Of a DNA stretch of 64,000 bases, positions 26,437 to 38,420 are shown piece by piece (the stretch's first letter is position 1; each line of letters opens with the position of its first letter). Made by a program: the position numbers and the translations under genes. A model generated the notes under the pieces. That model had not been told where the DNA came from. It did not search any database and worked only from the letters and a program-made list of their open reading frames with translations. This stretch comes from Utricularia gibba (taxonomy: Eukaryota > Plantae > Magnoliophyta), in assembly GCA_002189035.1 (NCBI GenBank), contig CM007989.1, positions 5,270,001 through 5,334,000 of the forward strand, given 5' to 3'.

Positions 26437-28381
26437 GAGCTTATTTTGAAGAATAGTCATCTCGCAAAAACAAAACTTCAAGAATCATTTCTTTTTCAAA
26501 TTTGTTTGAACCATACCATCATTTATTTAAAAAATTCTAAATAAATACAAAAATGTATATATAATCATAAAAATATAAAAAGTTATATTTACTTTTCAAA
26601 AATAAAAAATATTAATAATACAATATTTGATATTTAAATTTATTATTACATAATATTTACAAAAAAATGATAAAAAATATTATATTATTTCTAAATTTTA
26701 ATAAAAAATATCAAAATGCTGCAATCGATCAAACATTAGAATATGAAATTGAAATAATCAAGTATGTAAGAAATTATATATCACTACTAATCGATTGGCT
26801 AATCCTTTTAAATGTGATTTGTTAAGGGTGAAAATCGGCATTGGAGTCGAGACCGATTTTCGGGTTATGGAGTTGACCGGATGTGTCGAATCCGGTATTG
26901 GTTTAACGTTTTTGTTTGGTGCGGTTAACGAAAGTAAAGAGGGACAAAGATTTTTTATGTGGAAACTGTCGGAGAACGGAAAAACCACGGAGCTGTCGGA
27001 GCTCGTCGGAAAATATCTTCTCTAGACGGAAGTGAGGGAAAAATACAGGTTAGAGAGCTTAGAGTTGAACCACTTTCCACTATCATTCTTCTCGCATTTA
27101 TAGGCAAGACAAACCTGGCCGAATTCAGGATTCTGCAAGTGTCGGCTGTTTTCGACGCCTACTGTACGTACTGCAGTTCTGCCCCTGGATAACCGCCGAC
27201 TGTTCTGCTATTGCCGTAATTCGGCTACTTTTAAGTGTGTCCGAAACGGCCGCCACTAACAAGTCCTGACAGTTATCGGTCTGTCGGCTTGCACCAGGGT
27301 GTCAAAACACCCTTTGGCTTTTTTTCAGAGATTGATCAGCCCAGTCCGATTTATGCCCTATCATGATCTATGTTTTTTATGTACTTGGGCCTCACTTGTC
27401 CTCACCAAATCCATCAGATCTTGAATTTTAACATGGTATCATAGCATTTGCCTCATAGTATGGCTTGGATGACCAAGATGGGTTTCGTCTCGTTTGAAAA
27501 AAAAGGAAAAAAAAAAAGAACAAGTAGATACATTGGGCTTAGACGACAAAAATTAGATCGAACCTTTGACTCGGGCACTACCTACAATCACACAAAAAAT
27601 ACACGTCTAAATCAAATTGAAGACCAATTCGACTTAAGGGTAAGCGTTAGAATACACAATCACACATGAGAATATGAAACTAAAATAATCAAGTATATAA
27701 AAAATTACAGCTCACTACTAATCGATTGGGTCTAATCCTTTCAAATGTGATCTATGTTTCTTATGTACTTGTGTCTCACATGTGCTCGCTCAATCCATTT
27801 AGTATATAAACTCAATCCATCGAATTCTGAATTTTAACAAAAGATTGTACTCCTCTTCTAGAAGAAAACTGGGATCGTGCCAGTCAACATGCAGTGTCGA
27901 CGCATCTCCTCGATGTTGCACGTAGAAGCTCGAGCTCAGAAAGGCTTCGAGGATGGTCGGCGTGCCATCAAAGGATTTATTGCTACCACAATCCATGAGC
28001 TTGCAGAATGCGGACTCATTGGTACAATGATCAAATAGTATTGACCCAACAGTATCAGACTCGCTAGTGTGAAGACCTTGGTGAGTTTTTGATGTTGATC
28101 GATAAGAGCATGTTGATTTTTTTTATTAACATTTGGAAATAATATATGATTTTTAATCATTTTTTAAATATTATATAATAATAAATTTAGATATAAAATA
28201 TTATATTATTAATATATGTATTTATTTTTTTAAAAAAGTAAATATCAATTTAATTTTTTTATGATTATATATACATTTTTTGTATTTATTTATAAATTTT
28301 GGGTATTGTTCAAACAAATTTGAAAAAGGTGTGATTATTCATATTTTTTCTTTGCTAGATGGATATTCTTCAAAATAACTC
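26437..28381. mobile_element. MULE-like non-autonomous element with ~300 bp inverted repeats
   Basis: 26437-26733 aligns to the reverse complement of 28094-28381 (e.g. TTATTTTGAAGAATA, TTTTTCAAATTTGTTTGAAC, AATGTATATATAATCATAAAAA, ATCGATCAA). Outer ends and TSD not resolved. Confidence 0.65.
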
Positions 28382-29728
28382 AATTTGAAAGTGGATCAAC
28401 CAAATGCATTGTCTACTTTTGATTGACATTTGTTTTATTGTTGATGACACATATTTTATTAACATTTTATAATACAAAAATATGATGTTTTTTTGGGGTT
28501 TAGGTTAGGTTTGTGTGATTTTTCAAATTTTACATGTTATTTAGTTTAATTTTGTGTTTATGTCAAAAAGTGGACTGAATCCTTTGATTTAGTCCACCTT
28601 TTATTATTGATGTTTAATTAGGTCTAGTAGGATGATTAGCAGTAAATCAAACTGAAAGATATGTGAATTATGTTGAAGGAGGCATAATATTCGAAGGTAG
28701 ACAAAGAGCAATGTTCTACCGCACTGCAATCTGTAGGTTTAAGCCAAGAACAGTAATGATGTCAGGAACAGTGCATTGAAGTAAAAGAGGTGAGATATTT
28801 CTGGAAGAGTGAAAGAAAAAAAAAAAAGAATACAGCTTCAGTAGTGAAGAACACACACGAGGAAGCTCCAAAATGAATGAAAGACATGAAGAAGAAAATT
28901 CTTCTAGAAGAAAAGCCTCAATGTGAAGAACCAATTCAAGAACCCAATTCAACGCTACTGTTGCGGGCTGTGAACAGTAGTAGAAGGAAAACAGGACTAT
29001 TTCGCATTATTTTTCATTTACTGGATATTTAGTTTCTATGGCAGTTTGTCTTAAAATGTTTATGATACTTCCGTTAGTTTATGATTATGCAATTTTGTTT
29101 TGCTTACCAAATATGATTGTTTAGATCTTAGGGATGTATTAAAGTGTAGAATGATAGTATGAAGCTAAGGTTCATAAGAGAATTGATCAATATGTCTTAG
29201 ATTTCATATCTATCAATCCTCGGGTAAACTTAAGAGGGGAACGGATAGTTTCACAACTCAAATGCTTGATTTAGAAATAGACCAACAAATCAAGATGGGG
29301 ATAATAGGCGTTAGTTCTAAGTATCATCAGTAGAGTCGAATAAACCAAGTTTTACATGTTTCACACATGAGTAGACTTAAGTGTGGGATGGATGATCATA
29401 TTAGGAACTACTTTAACCAAAAACATAAGAAATGACTTGTGTAAACTTAGGTTGTTGGAGTTGTGAATATATGAATATTGTAAATTAAACTATGAGCTTA
29501 GCATCACATCACCCAGACAATCTTGAAACATTATAGTGTTAAATTGTGCACAAAACCTCTACTTGTTACCTTCTACATTATGATTCGATTTTATTTACTG
29601 AATTTATGTATTATTGTTAGTTTGAACTTAGACTAAAAATAACATTTATTCTGCAAATTTCGCATCAACGTTTTGCAAGCAACTGCTCCTTGATCGACCC
29701 TTAAACTAGAGGTGGGCAAAAGTCCAAC

Positions 29729-31410
29729 TAGAGCTGGGTACGAGTCCGACCCGCCGGATCAAAAATTAAGTGGCTGACTCGGTGGGTCAAACTCGTGCGG
29801 GTAAAGTGTCATAACCCGGGTAGACGTATGTAGTATTTCAATGATGATTCAGCATGCACAGAAGCCAAGGGGACGAACATGGAATGGCTACGAGGAACCC
29901 CTCTGCTTGGCTGTCCACGCGCGAAGAGTCGGTCGGATCCGAACACGGCATGCAACTCTTGTCAGAGGATTACCGGACTCTTGGGCGAACCTCGAGAGTT
30001 CTCGTGGGAGAGACCCACTCGAGCTACGGGACTCTGTGCGATCGAGCAAGCATGCGTGGCCAAGGGATGGTGAGTGATGCGCTGGACGCTGGGCGGAGAG
30101 TGGTCACGAGCCCAAGTGTCAGGTGAGACATGGCTAGTATGGATTGGCCCAATGGGGTGTTGGAGAAGGGCCCAAGGGCCTATGAAGGGTAAGAGGGTCG
30201 ACCTTTCATATGCTAGGCCCGTAAGGTGAAGGGTTGGAAGTGGAAAGGGCTCAGAAGTCCAACGGTTGGGAGGTAGTATATAAGGGCTTGGCATGGTGGC
30301 GGGTTGGACATTGGAAATCAGAGAAGGAGCGCCTCCATGCCGAGATACGGAAGGAGAAGGTCACGGTTTGGCAGAGGGGAAGGAGCCACACGAAGGTAAG
30401 GGGAAGTATGAGCCGGAAAGTACGAATAAGGGCCGAAGGGCCGTAAGTTGATGAGCCCGAAGGGCGGGGTCGGACCCTTCGCCAAGGTATCTCCGACAAC
30501 AACCCAACGTGAGTTTGGGGGTAGATATCACCGTGAGCTCCGAAGGGAGCGGGGTTGGGACGGATTACCGTGGCTGGTATCCCTCCCGAAGGTAACGTGA
30601 TGTGCCATCACGGGATGGATGCCCCTTATGACCAATGGGTCTTTATGATATATGTGTTTATGCTCTTACGTTGATAAGTGCTGATGATATGCTTATGATG
30701 ATATGTGCCATGCTTATGCTGATGTGGTTATGGTTGGTAGTGTGGTCTACCCTATGCATATGTTGACCCCCCCTACGAACTTATGTGTAGGTGAAGGTTC
30801 TGGTCGTGCGGAGACTGGCGGAGAGGCAGAAGGGCTGACGGAGTGAACCCGGAGGACCGAGGAGACTGGGGAATGGAAGGCTGCTGTTTTGCTGGTGTTT
30901 TTCCTTGTGTTTTGATATGATTTCGTGGACTATGTTTGAACCTTCTTGCTCGTATTTATGAATAAGACATTCCGTGGTAATCTCGTGTCCATGTGGGTTA
31001 AACGGATCAAACCAAAGCCACCCGGAAGACAGGCCACGTTTCTAGGTTGGGTAACGACCATGGCTCCCAGACCCTCTTTTTGGGGCGTTACATGTGCTTG
31101 ACTCGACTCATACCCGGGATGAAGTGTCCTTGGCTCGTCGATCCTTCACTTAACTCCCATATGAGCCCCATCAGCCCCCGAGGTTGTTTTCTAGATAATA
31201 TTTATGTTGAGGGACCCACTCTACTCCCCTCGGGTTCCCATCAATACAATGCAATGATTCCCACCCAACAGTGGATGCCACACGGTGGACAACAAAGGAG
31301 AAGTGGGTACATTGTACCCGTCTATCTCGACTCATACCGTACCCATCTAAAGACGGGTACGAGTCAACCCGTGGGTCGGACAGGTTGACCCGGACTCGTA
31401 CCCAGCTCTA
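29729..31410. mobile_element. hAT MITE nested in the outer hAT
   Basis: Perfect 20-bp TIR TAGAGCTGGGTACGAGTCCG; perfect 8-bp TSD AGTCCAAC (29721-29728, 31411-31418). Confidence 0.95.
29842..31243. mobile_element. GC-rich LTR-like insert inside the inner hAT MITE
   Basis: TGATG...CATCA termini, sharp GC shift, no recognisable protein; flanks TTCAA/ATACA do not form a TSD. Confidence 0.45.
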
Positions 31411-31724
31411 AGTCCAACTCGTACAAGTTTGAGTTGAGTCAGACGAGTCAAAGTTGAGCCAATTGACTTGGCGAGTCCAACCCATCACGAGTTGACCCTT
31501 AACTCGACTCGTATACAAGTCAGCATACAAATTGACTTGCATTTAATTCATTGAAATAGAGAAATCAACCGTCCTTTTTGCTTATGGAAGGAATTGTTCT
31601 AAATAAATTCTAACAATCTTTCTTTTAGAAAAAGGAACAAATTGAGGTTTGTAAAAAAAATTCATATTAAATTAATTGTCAACTTCTAAAAAAGGTTTTT
31701 TAATAGCAATTAAAGCAACCATAT

Positions 31725-32892
31725 TGATAACACATATTTTTGAGTGATTAAGTACATGGAAAAGATTCATACTGTGCTACAAAAATCAGATTTTACTGCC
31801 AAATTCTATATTTTTGCACAAAGTACCGTAGTTATGTTATTTTAGTCTTAGTTGGGACTAATTCTACGATTTAGTCCCAACCTTATAATAGTCTTCTTTG
31901 AGCAATGCAGTAAAGGTCACAACACAAATCCCAAAGAGCCTAATATGCACAGTGTAGTGGCAAAAGATAAGTCCAAAAGTCTGAAAAGTAGTACACACAA
32001 AATCCAAGGAGGAAAAAGGGAGATTTTGGACAAAAAGAGGGAAAAGATGGAGAGAGAAGACAGATCTCCCCTAGGAGACTAACGAACAACTTTCTGGAAA
32101 AGGTTTTCTGGGGAGGAAGGAGGAAGACGAACAGGAACTAAGCTCATGCTTGAAAATTATTTTCTGTTTTCCAAGGATTATTACTCCTAGCTAAGATTAG
32201 CTAGCGACGTTTTCTAGCTTTCTGTCGAACATTTCAGTTTCCTGCTTGTTTATCTTCTAGTAGTCGACTGAGACATGAATGCATTGTGGATGATGTTTTC
32301 TCTTCTATTTTCGTTTGTTTTAAGCATGAGTGGTTAAGCACTTCGGGGGTGCCTTGGGGTGAAAGGGGGAGAATTATGCTAATCCATCCTTAGACCTAAC
32401 AAACCATAAGTCACGCCACTTTCTTAACAAATCAGGATAGGTCCAGGAGGGGGAAGTAGTGAAACCCAACTTAACAACCCTAATTAGAGGTACACCAAAG
32501 ATTAGGGGGAAAAACAAGAATCCGAGTAGACCTAGATCTTGTGAGTTAGTTGTATGATTTATGATTTGTATGAGCTTGTTTAGTGATGAGCATACATCCT
32601 CTAGGAGTCCCAAGGCATCACCCATTTCATTCCAGAAACAACCGAGCTCCATAACTTATTACTTTTCTTTACTGTATTTCGTTTCAGTTCAGCCTTAGTC
32701 CTAATTAAGACCAATTTACCAACGTGACACTAATTTCATGCTTTGGCTAATCACTTGATAAGCACCTGCTCTTCGTGTTCGACCCTAATCACTATGCTCA
32801 TAATTGTTTTATGCTTGAATTTGGGTTAGGATATAAATTTATTTGATAGTAAAATTTGTATTTGACGACATTGCATAATTTTTCGTTTATCA
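31725..32892 (+). mobile_element. Solo LTR, family A, 1168 bp
   Basis: TGATAACAC...CGTTTATCA; perfect TSD CATAT (31720-31724, 32893-32897). Confidence 0.9.
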
Positions 32893-33055
32893 CATATAAT
32901 TAACTTGAGCCATATTTGAATCAAATGTAAATTTAGAACTAATACTACCATCGATAATATACAATTTTGATTGTCTAAAATTTGAAATATCTTGATCAAG
33001 GTATTTATTCTTAATATGATGTAAAAAAAAAATTGAATAATACTTACAGATTACC

Positions 33056-33250
33056 TTATTTTTTCTTCGTATCATGCATAAAATGGTCATGCCAATCCAA
33101 TGAAGATGATTTGCACTTGTTCGAGGTCGAAAAAGCTCCTCCGGCATCTCCGACACATTCATCATCCATTTGTATAGCATCGATGTCAATGCTTTCATCA
33201 TGCGGCCGTGGGACATAAGGGGTTCGATGATTCAACCATATCCAAAGATT
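33056..33250 (-). pseudogene. Possible remnant of a hAT transposase N-terminus (start of BED finger)
   Basis: STSNKCKSSSLDWHDHF resembles the S/K-rich lead-in and W..HF of BED fingers, and it lies inside the hAT element. Confidence 0.35.
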
Positions 33251-34029
33251 ATACACAAATAGAAATACAAAAAATTGAGATAAAAGGTCACAAATGGTAA
33301 AGTGCAGCAAAATAGCAAAAGAAATTGGCTTGAAAATTGCACTGAAAACATGTAAAAAATAATATTAATGAAACATTTTCAAATTCTAGAGATACTATCT
33401 TTTGTTGGTTGTACTTGGGCTTAATAATTGGATTTGAAAAAAAAGAAAGGTAATCAATCATTAGATTAGCTCAAAAGTATTTTTTATTTTAAAAAATTAA
33501 ATTAAATCGATGAGTCGACTATGAACGTCAACTCAACTCGTACTCGTTTCTATACGAGTACGAGTCACGAGTCAACTCGCTACGAGTCAACTCGTCGGGT
33601 CGATGAGTTGACTCATACTCATGCCCACCTCTACCTGAAACCCATTATACAAGTTTTCTGAATTTGTATTTTGTGAAGATTAGGGTTTACAAATTTATTT
33701 GATACCGAATTTGATATTATTGCAATGATCATCAAATTTTTCATTTATAAATTATGCTTTTTGGAGCAGTGAATAGGGAGAAAGTATATGTTCAAGATTC
33801 ATTCTGAGTTGTGAATTGAACAATCAAGCAAAGTTTAATTCTCTTTTTTAACTATAGATTATTAGAACAAACGATCCAATATCGATAATTGAAAGTGAAA
33901 TAGTTAAGTATATAAAAAATTATAAATTATTTGTAATCAATTATATCTAATATTTGTTAATATAATTTATGTTTATTATATACTTGAACTTTATGTAATT
34001 GTTGGATCCATTGAAATTAAATTTCAATA

Positions 34030-35228
34030 TGATATCAGAGTATTTGTGTTGCAGCATGACTTTGAGTGACCAAGTGTCTGCTCCATCCATAGATCTTTAA
34101 TTTTCATATAGATGAGTTTTGTATTCTTTTTATATCACTTTCCCTATGTTTTTAGAAGAATTCTATATCTTTCATACCATGAGGGAAAGTGTGTTTTGTA
34201 ATTTTTCAGGACAAATTTGGAATAATTTAGAAGATTTTCGAGTTGACTTTGATGGAGTCAAAGATTCGGTCTATCTAAATGAAGACTCGGTCAAAGATTC
34301 TCGAATAAGATAAAATTCGCATCTTATCTTAGAAAATTTGGATCTTATATTAGAATATCTGTATCAAATCTTAGAAGATTCGGATAGAAAATCTGATGCA
34401 AGCCCATCAAGAAAGCCCGACAAGTCCCCATCATTATATAAAGATCTAAACCCAAAGATCAAAGGGGGACGATTAGGGAGTGAAATTTAGCGCTTAGAGT
34501 CGAGTCTAGCATGTTTTGGATATCTTCCCTTTCGTTTTTCATCAACTATAGTTATTTAGAGTCAAGCATGTGCGTGTGAGCGCTTGCAGCTGAGGATCTG
34601 CTGTGAAGCCTTACTTGCGCAAGTCCTACGTGTGTGACTGTCTTACTATGTTTTTCAGCATTTAATTTGAGGTTTGATTTTGTTTTTCGCAACATTTTAT
34701 GTACCAACGTGATCTTTCGTACCATATAATCCTAAAGGAGTGAAAAAGATCAAAGGTTGGCCTCAAGCACCTAAGGAGAAGTACTCAATTAGATATCGTT
34801 GGTAAGGCACATTCTGTCTAATCTGTCTGCGAGGTGAGAGGTGTAAGGGTTAGATTTGGGTGTAGGAAAAATATGAGTTATTATAAGAGGTGAAAGGGCT
34901 CTGATGGCATGGGTGATTCTATAATCTCATACAATAAGGGACGGTGCTATAATGATTACTAAGTAGCACTATTTTAACATAACACCCCCAAAGTTTGCGC
35001 AAGTAGGTCAGTTCTCAATGTTTACACACATACAAGGGTGAATTTTAAGTAAGTTAGATCTTAGATCCAAGTTCACTTTTTTTATTGTCTTCAAAACTCA
35101 ATTTTTCTTTTATTTTCAGTCTTTTTTAAGTTTTTGTTTTGAAAAAAAAATTCTAATAACAATTTCCTATAAATACAATCTTATTTTATTACTTCGACTG
35201 TTTCTATGCATTTGCAGCATCACCATCA
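34030..35228 (+). repeat. Family X LTR-like repeat, copy 1
   Basis: Shares blocks such as GAGGTGTAAGGGTTAGA and GGGACGGTGCTATAATGATTAC with 47809-48902, and related blocks with 61035-62169 (inverted); TG..CA-like ends; no TSD confirmed. Confidence 0.7.
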
Positions 35229-35719
35229 AGTGATTTGATTCAATCCGCACAATCAATTCTTTTGGTAAATTTACTATAGATGAATTTTCTTAATTAAAAA
35301 AAAAAAGCACATCAACGCTATAAATATCATTTCGATGATGATGTGGATTTTCTTATTTTTTAAACTAAAAAAGAAAAGATTCATGTGAATACAATTATTA
35401 AGAAAAAGAGTAAAGTCGAAAATGGTGTCTTACATTTACATAAATCTACATGTATGAGTTAGCAATTGACTTATTTAAATGAGATGAGTAAAAATATATT
35501 CGAAATGATGGTATAGAAAATCGATATTGGCTACGTGAAGAAGTAAAGACAGCAGATTGTGTCCTACATTAAGGAGAAGTGCGCATCGGGAGGCATAAAT
35601 CACAAGGTACGGAACCAGCTGTACATTATTATATCGATAATAGATAGGAGTCGGATTCCTATTCCTAAGAAACGAACACAGGCCTGCACAAATAGCAGCG
35701 GGACTGACTTACAAGAACA

Positions 35720-35740
35720 CCCCCCCCCCCCCCCCCCCCC
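35720..35740. repeat. Poly-C tract (21 C)
   Basis: Direct read. Confidence 0.9.
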
Positions 35741-35993
35741 TTTTTATATATTTATTATTGTTATTTAGCGAGGGAAGCCACGCTTTCGGTTGCTTCAAGA
35801 CACGAGACCCAGACCGGGTTTGCTGTATTTTATGTTACATTTTTGCTTTATTGCAGAGAAAATCCCAACAACACAATTTGATGGGATCCGCCAAATCGTG
35901 GGCAGTTTTTTGGAGACATCGGTAACGCAGCAAGGCAGGGGAGCTGAAGCAAGCATTCATGTCGTACGGCAGCACTCAGCGCAAAGAGACGCG

Positions 35994-36084
35994 ACGTGGC
36001 CTCGTGTTAGTGTCGGAGGATTCCGGGTTTCACACAAACCCCTACTTCTCAGTGCCACGTGCTGTGCTGATTATGGGCCACGTC
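35994..36084. promoter_or_regulatory. Cluster of three ABRE (ACGTGGC) motifs ~2.3 kb upstream of TPP
   Basis: ACGTGGC at 35994-36000; GCCACGTG at 36054-36061; GCCACGTC at 36077-36084. Confidence 0.5.
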
Positions 36085-37961
36085 GTCACGCATGGATTCG
36101 CGGTCAAGGGCAGAGGTTTCTGCACCCAGGGACGGTGGTAAGATGCACCTGTCCAGCCTGTGGGTGTCGCCATGTGCGGTTGGTGAGGGCCCCCCCAACT
36201 TCAATGCCGCGGGCTCCAAAAGAGTGAAAATTATTAAAAAGAAATTCATGCGCCAAATTTAGTTTTTGTATTTTCGAAAGTTTAGTAAATATTTTACAAC
36301 AACAATGGCATCTACTATCAAACAAAAATGTAAAAGCAAATATAAACAATAAAGTTGGTAGTGTTTGCAAAAAAGATAAGGATTCGGTAACATGAGTAAC
36401 AAGAAAATAGGGAATACTCATCACACCAAATGAAAAATCTACAAGTAAAAGCCTTATATAAGTTAGCAAACACGGTGACTTAAAACACCCAGTGCTATAA
36501 AAACACAGGTTGGCCAAGGCTGTGAAATAACAAATGCAAGAGCGAGGCTTGATTCTCCTTGTTGGATGGACAAGAATTTATCTTGTCTCCGTAGTCCGTA
36601 GCAAAAAGAAAGAAAGATGAGGGTGAGCGAGCGGAATAATGTAGGATGGCATGTTAGGATGCCTACTTCACCACTTGTTCTTCATTCAAAAGTTGAAGAA
36701 AATAATTGCAGAAATTAAGAGTATATATTATACGACCTCTATGCATCGCAATTGTCACAGCCTTATAAGCAAGTGGAAATGTGATTCTCACAAATGAGAA
36801 GCTAATTGATCTAGTAGAAAAATGAATTTTATCGTATTTTTTATATTTGAGCATAATTAATTTGTTTGCTGATGTTTATGAGGGTGTGAGAGATCAAAGT
36901 AATTGTGATTTGTATTTTTAAATCGAATTACAATAAAATTTGTTGTTTCATCTCTTTTGATTTTTGAAAGCAATTCGATAATATTTTCGAAAATTACTTT
37001 TTTGTGCACAAACACCAATTTACCCCAACTTTTATTGCAGCATTTCTCATGTATGTAATTATAAGAATAACCTTTGTGATTAGAATATAATTTTAGCATT
37101 AATTTGATTCTTTTATCATACAAAAAAATTTTAGGTGATTTAGAAATTTCATCATGGTATAATATGTGTGAAAAAATTGATTACCTCAAATAATGTTTTT
37201 CTCTGTGTGTGAGAAAAAACAACAGGAATGATGCCCAAATTTATGCATAAACTTTGAGTTAAGTTGATTTAAATATCGGCAGCCGGCAGTAACCTCAACA
37301 GTAAGTTGCCTAGTTTGAATTCGATGGATCCATCCAATGAGAAGTGAAGGCCTTTCTACAGAAACAGGGGGCCGGTGGTTTTCAATTCTATTTCTATCCT
37401 GTGTGTTCACGTAAAATGACGCCTCCTGATGTTCATAATCCTCGTTAGTGGAGTGTGTAATGTGCATGTGGCCCCACTCCACACAAGCCCCCACCCCCCG
37501 GTAATGGAGGGGACCATCAACTCCTTCATGCTCCCACCCAGTGGCATATATGTGTGTTGTGATCCGTCTCCGTCCCCGTCTCTATGATTTAACAGACATC
37601 GGTGGGGGGTCATCAGCATTGGGCTGTTTCTAGCATTTGAGTTATGTCTAATATAATTCCCAATCAGGGACCCAAAGCTATGATTTGCCGCACAAGACGT
37701 GTGAACTGGAAATCATACTCCAGAAATAACCAAGTCACAAGTTAATAAAGTGTTAGTCTTTAACTGGCATCTATCTAAAAGATTGAATTTCGAAAATGAT
37801 TTAACAACATTATTAACTATGTTTAGACTGGATATCTTCATTCGCGGTTAACGCTTCTATTTTGAGGACTTTGTAAAATTTGAAATTATTGGAATAAGTT
37901 TTTATGTTTTGCTTGAATTTTAAAGTTGTTTTTCTAAAATAATAAAGATAAACTATTTCCT

Positions 37962-37982
37962 CCCCCCCCCCCCCCCCCCCCC
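37962..37982. repeat. Poly-C tract (21 C)
   Basis: Direct read. Confidence 0.9.
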
Positions 37983-38420
37983 TTTATGATTGAAGTTCGC
38001 TGGAAAGGAGAAGCACTGAAGATATTGAACGTGGGACCGATGGCCCCCCTAAGCCTCCACTCCAGTGGCTGCTTCTCCTCTCCCTCACAAGCCTGCTTTT
38101 CCGTCTTGTAGCGTGTTACTGCAACTATAAAGCAATCAAGCTTCCTCAGATCTTTCACACCCATTTCGCCAACTCTATTTCTTCTCCTCCTTTGTGTTTT
38201 CGCTTCTCCCTCGGTATTTGGAGACACGCAGCGCTCTGTTTCTTCATCTTGCTGTAGAGATTCACAGCATTCGAAGATCCGTCAGTGTGTTTTTTTATCG
38301 CTGTTTCAGGTGTCTACAGCGGCATTCACCCTTTCTTTCGTTATGGGTCTTGATGAAATCTGAGAAAGATGTGATTTTGATAATGGGTTGTTCTCTTTTT
38401 TGTTGTGGAAAGGTCCGGAA

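Larger units (their letters stand above)
29707..33633. mobile_element. Non-autonomous hAT deletion derivative carrying nested inserts
   Basis: Perfect 12-bp TIR TAGAGGTGGGCA / TGCCCACCTCTA; 8-bp TSD CCTTAAAC / CCTGAAAC (1 mismatch); ACTCG-rich subterminal repeats at 31415-31520 and 33500-33620. Confidence 0.9.
28442..33750 (+). mobile_element. Family A solo LTR interrupted by a hAT element
   Basis: Starts TGATGACACATATTTT, ends TTTTCATTTATAA (family end TTTTCGTTTATCA); flanks ATTGT/ATTAT are a TSD with one mismatch. Confidence 0.7.

Noticed and set aside
35790-36517. ORFs of 137-145 aa upstream of TPP
   Set aside because: No recognisable domain or splice context; better explained as GC-rich regulatory DNA.
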